From an uncultured bacterium (GTDB lineage: Bacteria > Cyanobacteriota > Vampirovibrionia > Gastranaerophilales > Gastranaerophilaceae), in the NCBI GenBank assembly GCA_902760905.1, contig CACWIL010000001.1, positions 2,186 through 66,185 of the forward strand: a stretch of 64,000 nt of DNA, given 5' to 3'. Made by a program: the position numbers and the translations under genes. Below are positions 1 through 9,660 of this stretch, piece by piece (the stretch's first letter is position 1; each line of letters begins with the position of its first letter). The notes under the pieces are model-generated. The model was not told where the DNA came from and made no database searches. It was given only the letters and a program-made list of their open reading frames with translations.

Positions 1-490
1 AAATGTATCCAAGATAAAAATATGCATAAACATCTTTTGGATTAATGGAAACGGCTTTTTGAAAATTATCCAGTGCTTTGTTTTTTTCTTCCAGGTTATA
101 ATAACAAAGTCCAAGGTTAAAGTAGCAGTTTGGGTCATTTGGGTCTGTTTTAAGAACTTCTTTAAAACATTTTTCAGCATCTTCCCATTGTTTCAGGTCA
201 ACAAGTACTTCTCCGAGGTTATAGTAAAAATCTTCCTGAGGCGAAATCGAAATAGCTTTTTCGTATGCTTCTTTAGCTTTATCAAATTTTTTCAGTTTTT
301 CATATACGATACCAAGGTTGTAATGAAGTTCCGCATCTTCGGGAAAATACCTGCAAAGATATTCCAAATTTCCTTCAGCCTCTTCGTTAAACCCCTGATT
401 AACAAGAATAATAGAAAGTTCTCTTCTTGCCTGAAAATTAGAAGGATCTTCCTTTAATAATGTCTGTAATGTTTCTAAATCATTCCCCAT
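1..490 (-). CDS. TPR-repeat protein (N-terminal part; runs off the left edge of the window)
   Basis: Not in ORF track. Manual translation from ATG at 490: MGNDLETLQTLLKEDPSNFQARRELSIILVNQGFNEEAEGNLEYLCRYFPEDAELHYNLGIVYEKL..., a typical TPR pattern. Confidence 0.8.
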   Translation of the reverse strand, partial: MGNDLETLQTLLKEDPSNFQARRELSIILVNQGFNEEAEGNLEYLCRYFPEDAELHYNLGIVYEKLKKFDKAKEAYEKAISISPQEDFYYNLGEVLVDLKQWEDAEKCFKEVLKTDPNDPNCYFNLGLCYYNLEEKNKALDNFQKAVSINPKDVYAYFYLGYI

Positions 491-565
491 AATACGATTA
501 TAGCAAGGGTAATCGAGTAAGTAAATAATCTTCACACGTTTTACAAATAATGGTATAATTTTTTT

Positions 566-907
566 ATGGATTACAAAGACTTGTCATCAAATCCGGTTGC
601 AGCCTTGTTGCAGCTTGTGGGAGCTAAATGGAAAATGCTGATAGTAACAAATCTCTTAAAAAAAGAGATGAGATTTTGTGAACTCAAAAAAAAGCTTGGA
701 TGCACTGCCAAAGTTCTTACTGCATGTTTAAAAGATATGGAAGAAGACGGGCTTATAATCAGAGAAGCTGATGAAAAAGAAGCAAACAAAGTTGAATATT
801 ATCTTACGGACATAGGATATACTCTAAAACCCGTAATTGAATCTATGCAAAAATGGGGTAAAGAGTACAGGCGTTTAAGAAAATTAATGGAAAGGTATGG
901 TGGATAA
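566..907 (+). CDS. HxlR-family winged-helix transcriptional regulator
   Basis: GAKWKMLIV...MRFCELKKKL...KVLTACLKDMEEDGLIIR...KVEYYLTDIG matches the HxlR pattern. Confidence 0.9.
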   Translation: MDYKDLSSNPVAALLQLVGAKWKMLIVTNLLKKEMRFCELKKKLGCTAKVLTACLKDMEEDGLIIREADEKEANKVEYYLTDIGYTLKPVIESMQKWGKEYRRLRKLMERYGG

Positions 908-1569
908 TGAATATACATTATTTGGGGCATAGTGCTTTTGAAATTGTAACAAACGGGAAAAAGATACTTATAGACCCTTTTTTAGTGTGTGTACCAAATT
1001 ATAAACCGGAAAACATTTGTGATATTTTTGTAACCCATGGTCATGGTGATCACTTGGGTAGTTCAATTAATATATCCGTAAAAACGGGTGCACATGTAAC
1101 AGCAATTTTTGAGCTTGCAAATTATTGTGCAAAGAAAGGTGCCAAGACGATTGATATGGGGCTTGGTTCCTGGAGAAATTACAGTTGGGGAAGAGCAATC
1201 CTTGTTCCTGCATTTCATTCGAGTTCAACACCGGAGGGTCAATATGGCGGATGCCCCTGTGGTGTTGTGTTAGAGATAGAAGGAAAAATAATATACCATG
1301 CCGGTGATACATGTTTAAATTCGGAAATGAAGGTTATAGGCGAATTATACCAGCCGGATATTGCCATGCTTCCTGTTGGCGGTAAATATACAATGGATAT
1401 TGAACATGCCGTAAAAGCTGCTGAATGGCTGCAGACAACAACAGTTATTCCAATGCATTATAATACATTTGATGCAATAAAAGTTGACATAGAAGAATTT
1501 AAACATCAAATAAGAGAAATTGGCAAAGTCCCTGTAGTGCTTGGTGCAGAAGAGTGTATAGAAGGTTAA
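907..1569 (+). CDS. Metallo-beta-lactamase-fold metal-dependent hydrolase (UPF0173-like)
   Basis: YLGHSAF, LIDPF, THGHGDHLG, YHAGDT, IPMHYNTF motifs; start overlaps the upstream stop. Confidence 0.9.
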   Translation: MNIHYLGHSAFEIVTNGKKILIDPFLVCVPNYKPENICDIFVTHGHGDHLGSSINISVKTGAHVTAIFELANYCAKKGAKTIDMGLGSWRNYSWGRAILVPAFHSSSTPEGQYGGCPCGVVLEIEGKIIYHAGDTCLNSEMKVIGELYQPDIAMLPVGGKYTMDIEHAVKAAEWLQTTTVIPMHYNTFDAIKVDIEEFKHQIREIGKVPVVLGAEECIEG

Positions 1570-1703
1570 CAATCTTACAAACAAATAATTATAGCAGGAT
1601 ATATTTATTAAAATATTTATCCCTGCTTAAAATATCTTAACTATTTGAAATAGTAATACAGTTAGGTTATCATTATTATTGAGTAATAGTGCGTGGGGAG
1701 ACA

Positions 1704-3269
1704 ATGGAAAACAATTATTTTGCACTTATAGCTAATGATATGAAGAAATTATGGAATGGGCTTGACGGGCCGCAAAAGCTCGGTATGCTTTTTCTTATAA
1801 TTTTGACAATTATTGTCGCAACATTTTTCTTATCGAAAGCAATGGAACCGGATTGGGTTGTTTTATATTCGGATTTAAGTGAAATTGATACATTAAATAT
1901 TGTTGAAGGAATGAAAAAAAACGGATACAGATATAAAATATCTGAAGACCATAAATCAGTTTTAGTTCCTTCAAAATTTAAAGATGAAATGCGTGTGTAT
2001 GTTGCGGAAAATGATTTAATAAAAAATAAAGATTCAGGTTTTGAACTTTTAGATAATATGCAGCTTGGATCAACGGATTTTAAAAACAAATTGACAAAAC
2101 AAAGAATTTTCCAGGGTGAGCTGGTTCGTTCAATAGAAAAAATACAAGGTATAAGATTTGCAAGAGTACAAATTGCAGAACCTGAGCGCTCTATTTTTGA
2201 TGATAGTGATGAAAAACCTACTGCATCAGTTATTTTGGTGCTTGATCCCGGACACAAGATTACAAGCGCACAAGTTAAAGCTGTTAAGAATCTGGTAGCA
2301 TATTCTATTCCGAGAATGACACCGGAAGAGGTGTTTATTACTGACCAGAATGGGAACAATTTGTCTGATGAAACATCAAAAAACTCCACTGATATGGAAA
2401 GTTTTAAAAGTAATTTAGAAAAAGAAACTGCAAAAAAAGTTTCAGCGGTTTTAGAAAAAATTGTCGGCAAAGGTAATGTTTCTGTTCAGGTTAATGCAGA
2501 TATAGATTTTAACTCTGCAAAAGCAACGATAGAAAGCTATATACCTTTAGCTGATGATAAAGGAACAGGTGTTGTAACAAGTTCTCAGACAGAAACAGAA
2601 ACTTATGAAAATCCGAATAATGTTCAAAATCCGCAAAACCTTACACCACCGGTTACTGTAAACAGAAATTTGAATTATACAAAGCAAAAAACAGCAGTAA
2701 ATTACAGTGTGTCAAAAGAAGTAAAACAGGTTGTATATGCTCCGGGTACAATAAAAAGATTATCTATAGCAGTTGCAATCAATAAGGTTTTAACGGATGC
2801 TGAAAAAGATGAAGTAAAGAATCTTGTTCAGTCAGCATCCGGAATAGATTTTTCCAGAGGGGATACTATTTCTATTTCAGGATTGCAGTTTGAGGGAGTT
2901 GTGGTTGACCGTAAGGCGCAGGAAGATTTCAATCGTCAATATCAACAACAGCAATTGTTATACTTTATCGGTTCTTCGGTTATACCGCTTATAGTTATAT
3001 TATTGATGGGCGGATTTGCATTGTTAATCTTAAAGAGTTTTGTTAATAAAATGCCTTCTGCAAAAAGAATTGAGCGTAAAATAGAAGAAATGCAAGAGCC
3101 GGTAGTTGAAGAGGTTGAACCGGAGGAAGACTCATCCGGAATTGTCTTGGATAAAAAAGAGTTAAGGTCTCAAAAAGACCAGAGTATTAATGAGTTAAAT
3201 GAAGCAGTAATGACTGCACCGGAAGAGGCTGCAAAATTGCTTGTTTCATATATCAAGGGCAGCAGTTAA
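1704..3269 (+). CDS. fliF: Flagellar MS-ring protein FliF
   Basis: N-terminal TM, GFELLD, GELVRSIE, PTASVILVL, PGTIKRLSIAVAIN, GIDFSRGDTISI, C-terminal TM and PEEAAKLL; ATG at 1704 after GGGGAG. Confidence 0.93.
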   Translation: MENNYFALIANDMKKLWNGLDGPQKLGMLFLIILTIIVATFFLSKAMEPDWVVLYSDLSEIDTLNIVEGMKKNGYRYKISEDHKSVLVPSKFKDEMRVYVAENDLIKNKDSGFELLDNMQLGSTDFKNKLTKQRIFQGELVRSIEKIQGIRFARVQIAEPERSIFDDSDEKPTASVILVLDPGHKITSAQVKAVKNLVAYSIPRMTPEEVFITDQNGNNLSDETSKNSTDMESFKSNLEKETAKKVSAVLEKIVGKGNVSVQVNADIDFNSAKATIESYIPLADDKGTGVVTSSQTETETYENPNNVQNPQNLTPPVTVNRNLNYTKQKTAVNYSVSKEVKQVVYAPGTIKRLSIAVAINKVLTDAEKDEVKNLVQSASGIDFSRGDTISISGLQFEGVVVDRKAQEDFNRQYQQQQLLYFIGSSVIPLIVILLMGGFALLILKSFVNKMPSAKRIERKIEEMQEPVVEEVEPEEDSSGIVLDKKELRSQKDQSINELNEAVMTAPEEAAKLLVSYIKGSS

Positions 3270-3331
3270 GGAAGGAGGACGGTGGACTAAGAAAATAAGA
3301 GTGATTTCAGGTTAATAAGCTTTTTAAAGTG

Positions 3332-3368
3332 CTTATTTCCTTATTCACTTATTTGCTTATTCACTTTT
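3332..3368. repeat. Short tandem octamer repeat (CTTATTYN)x4 plus a partial unit in the fliF-fliG spacer
   Basis: CTTATTTC CTTATTCA CTTATTTG CTTATTCA CTTTT; complementary AATAAG words lie just upstream. Confidence 0.75.
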
Positions 3369-3372
3369 CGTA

Positions 3373-4422
3373 ATGGGTATTGAAGACGTCAAAAAAGCTA
3401 AAGAAGAAGCAAAAAAGGTTATAACCAGACCGAGTCAGAAAGTCGCGGCTCTTCTTATTGCGCTTGGACCATCAACAGCATCTGAAATTCTGAAAAATAT
3501 AAAAGATGATGATTTGTTGGAACAGTTAACCCTTGATATTGCAAATTTGGGAAAAGTTCCGGATGAAGATTTAAACGATGTTTTGACAGAGTTTAAAACA
3601 GTATTTAAAGCTAAGAATATTGTTGCCTCAGGTGGTGTTAATTATGCAAAACAACTTCTTGCTCAGGCATATGGTGATGCAGAAGCATCTAAGATGCTGG
3701 AAAAAGTTAACTCCATGGTTAATACAAACCCGTTTTATTTCTTAAATGAAGCTGATCCGCAGCAGCTTGCGAATACGTTTGCAACAGAAAATCCACAGTT
3801 ACTGGCATTGATACTGGCATACATAAGGCCGGAACTTGCGGCTCAGGTATTATCATTTTTGCCTCCTGATATTCAGGCGATTGTATCAATGAAAATTGCT
3901 GATATGACACCGACCAATCCGGAAATCCTTTCAACAATTGAAGATATTGTAGAAAGAAAATTTTCAGCTCTTTTGGTTCAGGATTTTTCAAATGCAGGTG
4001 GTGTAGAATCTTTGGCAAATATTTTAAACTGCTGCGACCGTGGTACAGAAAAAAATATTATGGAATGGCTTGATATTGAAAATCAACAAATGGCTCAACA
4101 GGTACGTGACCTTATGTTCGTATTTGAAGATATCATTATTCTTGATGACCGTGCCATTCAGAGAACTCTTCGTGAAATTGATACCAAAGAGCTTGCGATT
4201 GCTCTTAAAGGTACTAAAGACGAAATTAAAGATAAAATATTTAATAACATGTCTGAAAGGGCAAGACAAATGCTTCAGGATGATATGGAATATCTTGGAC
4301 CTGTCCGTGCAAAAGAAGTTCAGGATGCTCAAACAAATGTTGTTTCTGCTATCAGAAATCTTGAAGCAACAGGTGAAATTACAATTACCCGTGCAAGCGT
4401 AGAGGATGAATTAATTGAGTAG
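3373..4422 (+). CDS. fliG: Flagellar motor switch protein FliG
   Basis: QKVAALLIALG, GGVNYA, ENPQ (EHPQ equivalent), GGVESLANILN, MFVFEDI, NMSERA, GPVR. Confidence 0.96.
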   Translation: MGIEDVKKAKEEAKKVITRPSQKVAALLIALGPSTASEILKNIKDDDLLEQLTLDIANLGKVPDEDLNDVLTEFKTVFKAKNIVASGGVNYAKQLLAQAYGDAEASKMLEKVNSMVNTNPFYFLNEADPQQLANTFATENPQLLALILAYIRPELAAQVLSFLPPDIQAIVSMKIADMTPTNPEILSTIEDIVERKFSALLVQDFSNAGGVESLANILNCCDRGTEKNIMEWLDIENQQMAQQVRDLMFVFEDIIILDDRAIQRTLREIDTKELAIALKGTKDEIKDKIFNNMSERARQMLQDDMEYLGPVRAKEVQDAQTNVVSAIRNLEATGEITITRASVEDELIE

Positions 4423-5191
4423 CGGAAATAGTAGTGAAAATAACAGAATAGTAAGAAAAGATGTTCAATTTGGTAAAAGCTTTGTTTTGCCGATAGAACA
4501 GTCTAAAGTTACGCAGTCAGAAGCAAAAGTACAGAAAATCCTTGCAGATACAGACCAAAAAGCTCAGCAAATGGTTGATGCAGCAGGAAATAAATCAACT
4601 ATTATTGTTCAGACTGCAAGCAATGAAGCAACAAGAATTATTGAAGATTCACGTAAAAAAGCGCAGGGCGAATATGAAGCCATAAAACAGCAGGGGTATG
4701 ATGAAGGTTTTGAACAAGGCATAGCTGACGGTTTAAAAAAATTTCAGGAAGATGCGGCTGAAGGTTTGCAGGCTCTTGAAACGCTGGCAAGTTCAACTTT
4801 TGATATGAAAAAAAATATTATTGATTCGGCTTCAAAAGATATTGTAGAACTTGTTACGGCAATTGCAGATAAAGTATGTCATGTAAAATTAAATCCGCAG
4901 GTTTTGTATCAGATTACTCTTGATGCCATAAAACTTTTAAATGACAAAGAAAATATCACAATTATAGTAAGTCCCCAACTTGTTGACCAGATACAAAAAA
5001 TGGTGCCAAATTTTAAAAGTTCGGTACATAATCTCCAAACCGTTAAAATACTGGAAGATTCTTCCCTTTCTGCGGACGGTGTTATTGTTGAATCTCTGAC
5101 AACAAGGTTAGATTCCCGTATTTCCTCGCAAATAAGTGAGCTTGCTCAGAAAATGTTAACAGGTGGCAGCGATGGAATGGGACAAAAATAA
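4415..5191 (+). CDS. fliH: Flagellar assembly protein FliH
   Basis: Coiled coil followed by GxxxG repeats (GYDEGFEQGIADG); lies between fliG and fliI. Confidence 0.85.
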   Translation: MSSGNSSENNRIVRKDVQFGKSFVLPIEQSKVTQSEAKVQKILADTDQKAQQMVDAAGNKSTIIVQTASNEATRIIEDSRKKAQGEYEAIKQQGYDEGFEQGIADGLKKFQEDAAEGLQALETLASSTFDMKKNIIDSASKDIVELVTAIADKVCHVKLNPQVLYQITLDAIKLLNDKENITIIVSPQLVDQIQKMVPNFKSSVHNLQTVKILEDSSLSADGVIVESLTTRLDSRISSQISELAQKMLTGGSDGMGQK

Positions 5192-6521
5192 GTACCTCGA
5201 AATTATTAGAAATACACGTACAATAAAAGAAATTGGACGTATTACGGAAATTATCGGGCTTACAATTGAGTCTGACGGTCCGAAGTCTTCTATCGGAGAT
5301 TTATGTCACATATATAATGAGTTTGATGATAAACCTACTATGGCTGAGGTTGTTGGGTTTAAGAAAGATAAAATTCTTTTAATGCCTTTAGCTTCACCTG
5401 ATGGAATTCGCCCCGGTGCATTTGTAGTTAACACCGGCGGAGCAATGAAAATTGGCGTAGGAAATCAGCTTATAGGAAGAGTTTTAGACGGTTTGGGCAA
5501 TCCTATCGATAACCTTGGTGAGATACAGTTTACCGAATATCGTTCTACCAGAGCTGAAGCTATAAATCCTCTCAAACGTAAAAGAATTTCAGAGCCTCTG
5601 TCATTGGGTATTCGTGCAATAGATGGATTTGCAACGGTTGGTAAGGGACAGAGAATGGGTATTTTTGCCGGTTCAGGTGTCGGTAAAAGTACAACTATCG
5701 GTATGATGGCAAAAAATACTTCCGCTCAGCTTAACGTAATTGCCTTAATTGGTGAACGTGGCAGAGAGGTAAAAGAGTTTATTGAAGAAATTTTAGGTCC
5801 TGAAGGAATGAAGCGCTCTATTGTTATTGCTGCAACTTCCGAACAGCCTTCCCTGGTAAAAATTAAAGCGGCTTTTGTTGCGACTTCTATTGCCGAATAT
5901 TTCAGAGATATGGGGATGGATGTTTTGTTTATGCTTGACTCTGTTACACGTATTGCAATGGCACAGAGAGAAGTCGGACTGGCAATCGGTGAACCGCCCG
6001 CAACGAGAGGTTATACACCTTCTGTTTTTGCTCTTATGCCTAAACTTATGGAAAGAGCAGGTACAAACGAATATGGCACAATAACAGGACTTTATACGGT
6101 ACTTGTAGAAGGTGATGACTTTAATGAACCAATTTCTGATACGGCAAGAAGCATTTTAGACGGTCACATTGTTTTATCTCGTGATTTGGCACACAAAAAC
6201 CACTATCCTGCAGTAGATGTTCTTGAATCTTTAAGCCGTGTTATGGGTGATGTTACAACAAAAGAACACAGAGCTTATGCCGGCGTTTTGAGAAATTTGC
6301 TTGCAGTTCATAAAAAGAATGAAGACTTAATCAACATCGGTGCTTATGTAAAAGGTTCTGACCCTTTATGTGATAAAGCGATTGCAATGATGGATTATAT
6401 TGACAGATTTCTGAAACAGTCAACCGACGAAAAAATTGAATACAATGATACTGTAGAAACTTTAATAGAAATTGGAAAAGCTGCTGCACCACCTCAGCCC
6501 CAGGAATCAAATAACGGCTAA
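5172..6521 (+). CDS. fliI: Flagellar export ATPase FliI
   Basis: GQRMGIFAGSGVGKST, LIGERGREV, DSVTR, GEPPATRGYTPSVF, ILDGHIVLSR. Confidence 0.96.
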   Translation: MEWDKNKYLEIIRNTRTIKEIGRITEIIGLTIESDGPKSSIGDLCHIYNEFDDKPTMAEVVGFKKDKILLMPLASPDGIRPGAFVVNTGGAMKIGVGNQLIGRVLDGLGNPIDNLGEIQFTEYRSTRAEAINPLKRKRISEPLSLGIRAIDGFATVGKGQRMGIFAGSGVGKSTTIGMMAKNTSAQLNVIALIGERGREVKEFIEEILGPEGMKRSIVIAATSEQPSLVKIKAAFVATSIAEYFRDMGMDVLFMLDSVTRIAMAQREVGLAIGEPPATRGYTPSVFALMPKLMERAGTNEYGTITGLYTVLVEGDDFNEPISDTARSILDGHIVLSRDLAHKNHYPAVDVLESLSRVMGDVTTKEHRAYAGVLRNLLAVHKKNEDLINIGAYVKGSDPLCDKAIAMMDYIDRFLKQSTDEKIEYNDTVETLIEIGKAAAPPQPQESNNG

Positions 6522-7154
6522 AAACAAAAGTAAAAATGCTGAAATAATAGCTGATATTCCTACAAAATACCAAAAGAATGACTTTTTGGATTTTTGCGGC
6601 TGTGATTTAACAGAGCAGTATTGAGGTTTTGGTTTTGTAGTTTTAGAAGTGGATTTTTTTGCTGTTTTTTCTTTTTCTTCTGTGTATCTTTCTGAAAGTT
6701 TTTTGCGTGATTTTTTGCCGGTTACAAGTAAATCTATATCGTATTGAAGTTTTAAAATTCTTCTGTCCTCGTTGCAGGAATATACACAGTAGTTTATGGC
6801 AATTTCAAACGCTCTTTGCAGACATTCAAGTGCTTCCATGCCGTCTTGTTTTACGGTTATAGAATGAGTTGCTTCGTTTCCGTGTTTTTTTAAAAAATAT
6901 AAATCTTCAACAAACTCTTTTGCTTCTTCCGAACTGCCTAAAGTACAGTCTTTTAGAGTCGAAAGCATTGCATCAAAACTGACTTCTGTTGTTCTTCTTG
7001 AGCCTAAAACATTTTTGCAGACAATTTCTCCAAACCTTCTTGTCTGAGTCATACATTGCTCAAAAAACTCGCTGCGGTATAGCTCTTCGGCATCATTTAT
7101 TATCTTAAATAGTTCTTTATCGTTGCGTTTTAAAAAATCAAAATTTGTAGTCAT
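6507..7154 (-). CDS. DUF4145-like (HsdR N-terminus-like) protein with C-terminal membrane anchor
   Basis: TNFDFLK...AEE...RRFGE...KKHGNEATH resembles the N-terminal domain of some type I HsdR proteins; ends in hydrophobic FFWYFVGISAIISAFLLLFLAVI. Confidence 0.6.
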   Translation of the reverse strand: MTTNFDFLKRNDKELFKIINDAEELYRSEFFEQCMTQTRRFGEIVCKNVLGSRRTTEVSFDAMLSTLKDCTLGSSEEAKEFVEDLYFLKKHGNEATHSITVKQDGMEALECLQRAFEIAINYCVYSCNEDRRILKLQYDIDLLVTGKKSRKKLSERYTEEKEKTAKKSTSKTTKPKPQYCSVKSQPQKSKKSFFWYFVGISAIISAFLLLFLAVI

Positions 7155-7290
7155 GTTAATAATTTTATAATACAATCATCTGTAAAAACCATCATATAAA
7201 TATATTATTGTTTATTCGGTTTTGTACATTTAACCGCAAAAGTTTACAAGTATATTTTTTATAATGTATAATTATTTTGGAGAAAATACT

Positions 7291-7782
7291 ATGAATTATA
7301 AGTGTAAAAAAATTCTAAAAAAGATTATATCATTATACAGAGATCAGGATCATTTAGTGTTTGTACTGTTTGGTATTAAAATAAAATTTACATTATTTAC
7401 TTCTAACAGATTACAAACAAATTGTTGTATCGCAAATCTGGAAAAACATTTAGAGAATCATACTTTTTTTCCTCATCCCGTTGGTATATGTATATGCCCT
7501 GATGCTGTTATAGGAAAAGGGGTTCACATTTTTCAGAATGTAACAATAGGTATGGGAAAATATAATCCGGAATTAAAAACAGCTGCTCCAATAATAGGTG
7601 ATAAGGTTGTTATCTGGGCTAACGCAACAGTTTGCGGCGGAATAAAAGTTGGTGATAACAGTGTAATCGGAGCAAATTCCGTAGTAATTCGTGATGTTCC
7701 GCCAAACACAGTTGTTGCCGGAAATCCTGCAAGATTTATCAGGCAATCTACCCCTCAGGATTACAGACAGATTGATTGCTAG
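7291..7782 (+). CDS. Hexapeptide-repeat (LbH) acetyltransferase, serine acetyltransferase-like
   Basis: HPVGICI, IFQNVTIG, PIIGDKVVI, IGANSVVIRDVPPNTVVAGNPAR; GGAG before ATG 7291. Confidence 0.85.
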   Translation: MNYKCKKILKKIISLYRDQDHLVFVLFGIKIKFTLFTSNRLQTNCCIANLEKHLENHTFFPHPVGICICPDAVIGKGVHIFQNVTIGMGKYNPELKTAAPIIGDKVVIWANATVCGGIKVGDNSVIGANSVVIRDVPPNTVVAGNPARFIRQSTPQDYRQIDC

Positions 7783-7788
7783 CAAATT

Positions 7789-8634
7789 TTAACCTTTTAC
7801 GGCACCGTCGTTTTCGCCTGAGATAAAATATCTTTGCATCATGAGGAAGAATATAATTATTGGGATGGTTGATATAATTGAACCTGCTGCAATAAATCTC
7901 CAGTTTGCAGAGAACATTCCCTGAAGGTTGTTTATTCCGACCGGAAGTGTGTACATACTGTCTTTTGTGAGCATAATACTCGGCCAAAGGAACTCACCCC
8001 AAGAGCCGATGAAAGTAAATACAGCAAGAACTGCAAGCGTTGGTTTAACCATTGGCAGTACAACACGCACAAACATCTGGAATACATTACAGCCGTCAAC
8101 TATTGCAGCTTCTTCAACCTCTTTTGGTACCTTTAAAAATGCCTGACGCATAAGGAATATTCCGAAGGCGCTAACTGCAAACGGCATAACAAGACCGATA
8201 TAGCCCATAACATTATTTACGCTGTCTATCAGATGAAGTTTCAAAGTAATGATATAAACGGGAAGCATAATTGCCTGAAAAGGTATCATAATTGTTGCAA
8301 GAATAGAAAAGAATACAAATTTTTTGCCTCTGAACTGCATTCGCGCAAGCGGATAAGCTGCCAGCGATGACAGGATTAAATTGAGTGCTACAGTAAGTGC
8401 TGCAACAATAACACTGTTCCAGAAGTATGCCATAAAATCGACTCTTCCCCAAACATCAATATAGTTTTGGAAAGTAAAATCGGTTGGTATAAGTTTTGGC
8501 GGATATGCAAAAATATCTTCGTTTATACCTTTAAGTGAAGTCGAGGTCAGCCAGACAAACGGAAATATTGATAATAACGAAGTTATTATCAAAGTTGCAT
8601 GTATTAAAGCTTTTCCTGTCAGTTTTTTGAACAT
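7789..8634 (-). CDS. Carbohydrate ABC transporter permease (MalG-like)
   Basis: EAA loop EVEEAAIVDGC, TM helices, FxxxWxEF, TLPVGI. Confidence 0.93.
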   Translation of the reverse strand: MFKKLTGKALIHATLIITSLLSIFPFVWLTSTSLKGINEDIFAYPPKLIPTDFTFQNYIDVWGRVDFMAYFWNSVIVAALTVALNLILSSLAAYPLARMQFRGKKFVFFSILATIMIPFQAIMLPVYIITLKLHLIDSVNNVMGYIGLVMPFAVSAFGIFLMRQAFLKVPKEVEEAAIVDGCNVFQMFVRVVLPMVKPTLAVLAVFTFIGSWGEFLWPSIMLTKDSMYTLPVGINNLQGMFSANWRFIAAGSIISTIPIIIFFLMMQRYFISGENDGAVKG

Positions 8635-8647
8635 ATAAATTATTTAA

Positions 8648-8718
8648 CCCCTCACCCTCGGCAGACTGTGTAACAGAGTTACACCCGCTGCCGCACCCTC
8701 TCCCACAAGGGGCGAGGG
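8648..8718 (+). repeat. C/G-rich palindromic repeat (CCCCTCACCC...CCCTCTCCC-N-GGGGCGAGGG) with a nested hairpin insert
   Basis: Same core as copies at 12150, 44330 and 60266; internal stems CGGCAG/CTGCCG and GTGTAAC/GTTACAC. Confidence 0.8.
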
Positions 8719-8742
8719 AGAGTTTTAGTTATATTTGCCCCC

Positions 8743-9555
8743 TTATCCCCCGAGAGCGTGGGCTTTTTCGGTTGTAGATTTTATAACGTCATAGAATAAT
8801 TTTTCCGTATTATTTTCATTCATGCAATCGACTCCGACTGCGGTGCAGCCGCCTTTTGTTGCAACGTTTGAGATAAGCTGTTCCATTGATATATCACGAT
8901 TTAGTGCCATTTTCCCCGAACCGATAGCAGTCTGAATGCTTAACAACAAGGCTTTATCATAATCCATTCCGAGTTTTTCCCCTGCACGTGCAATTTCGTT
9001 AATTACTTTGTAGAAAAATGCAGGCCCAGAACCTGAAATTGCGGTAACAATATCAAGCTGGCTTTCATTATCAACTACAATACATTTACCTATGGTTGAA
9101 AGCAAATCTTTAATGAAATTAATATCATTTTCTCCTGTATATTTACCCCTTACCATACCGCTCATGCCTTCACCGACAAGTGCGGGAGTGTTTGGCATAA
9201 CACGTATTACTTTGCTTTTTTCGGGTAAGTTTGTTTCCAGCTTATTAATATTTACCCCTGCAGCTATTGAAACAATAAGTTTTTCAGGAGTAACAAAAGG
9301 TTTTATTTCTTCTAACACTCCCAAAACCTGATTTGGTTTTACTGCAATAAAAATTACATCAGAAGCTTTTACGAGTTCTTTATTATCTAAAATAATTTTT
9401 ATTCCGAGATTTTTGGATTTTTCTTCAAGTCCTTCAGGTTTACTTTGTGTTGCAAGAAGATTTTCCGGTGTTGCAAAATTTGTTTTAATCAACCCTTTGA
9501 TAATTGCACCTGCCATTTTTCCTGAACCGATAAAACCTATTTTTTTGTATGACAT
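8743..9555 (-). CDS. proC: Pyrroline-5-carboxylate reductase
   Basis: IGFIGSGKMA, IAVKP, VSIAAGV, RVMPNTP, TAISGSGPAF, VATKGGCT. Confidence 0.96.
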   Translation of the reverse strand: MSYKKIGFIGSGKMAGAIIKGLIKTNFATPENLLATQSKPEGLEEKSKNLGIKIILDNKELVKASDVIFIAVKPNQVLGVLEEIKPFVTPEKLIVSIAAGVNINKLETNLPEKSKVIRVMPNTPALVGEGMSGMVRGKYTGENDINFIKDLLSTIGKCIVVDNESQLDIVTAISGSGPAFFYKVINEIARAGEKLGMDYDKALLLSIQTAIGSGKMALNRDISMEQLISNVATKGGCTAVGVDCMNENNTEKLFYDVIKSTTEKAHALGG

Positions 9556-9660
9556 TTTAACTCCCTCTTAACAATAGTTAAACATGTATTTGACTAAAAA
9601 GCATGTTTTGTTTAGTATAAGACTATTATAAGTAAAATTAGCTGAAAAGGAAATAGAATT

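Noticed and set aside
59-457. 132-aa plus-strand ORF and the many other short antisense or alternate-frame ORFs
   Set aside because: Shadows of well-supported genes; here the real gene is the minus-strand TPR protein
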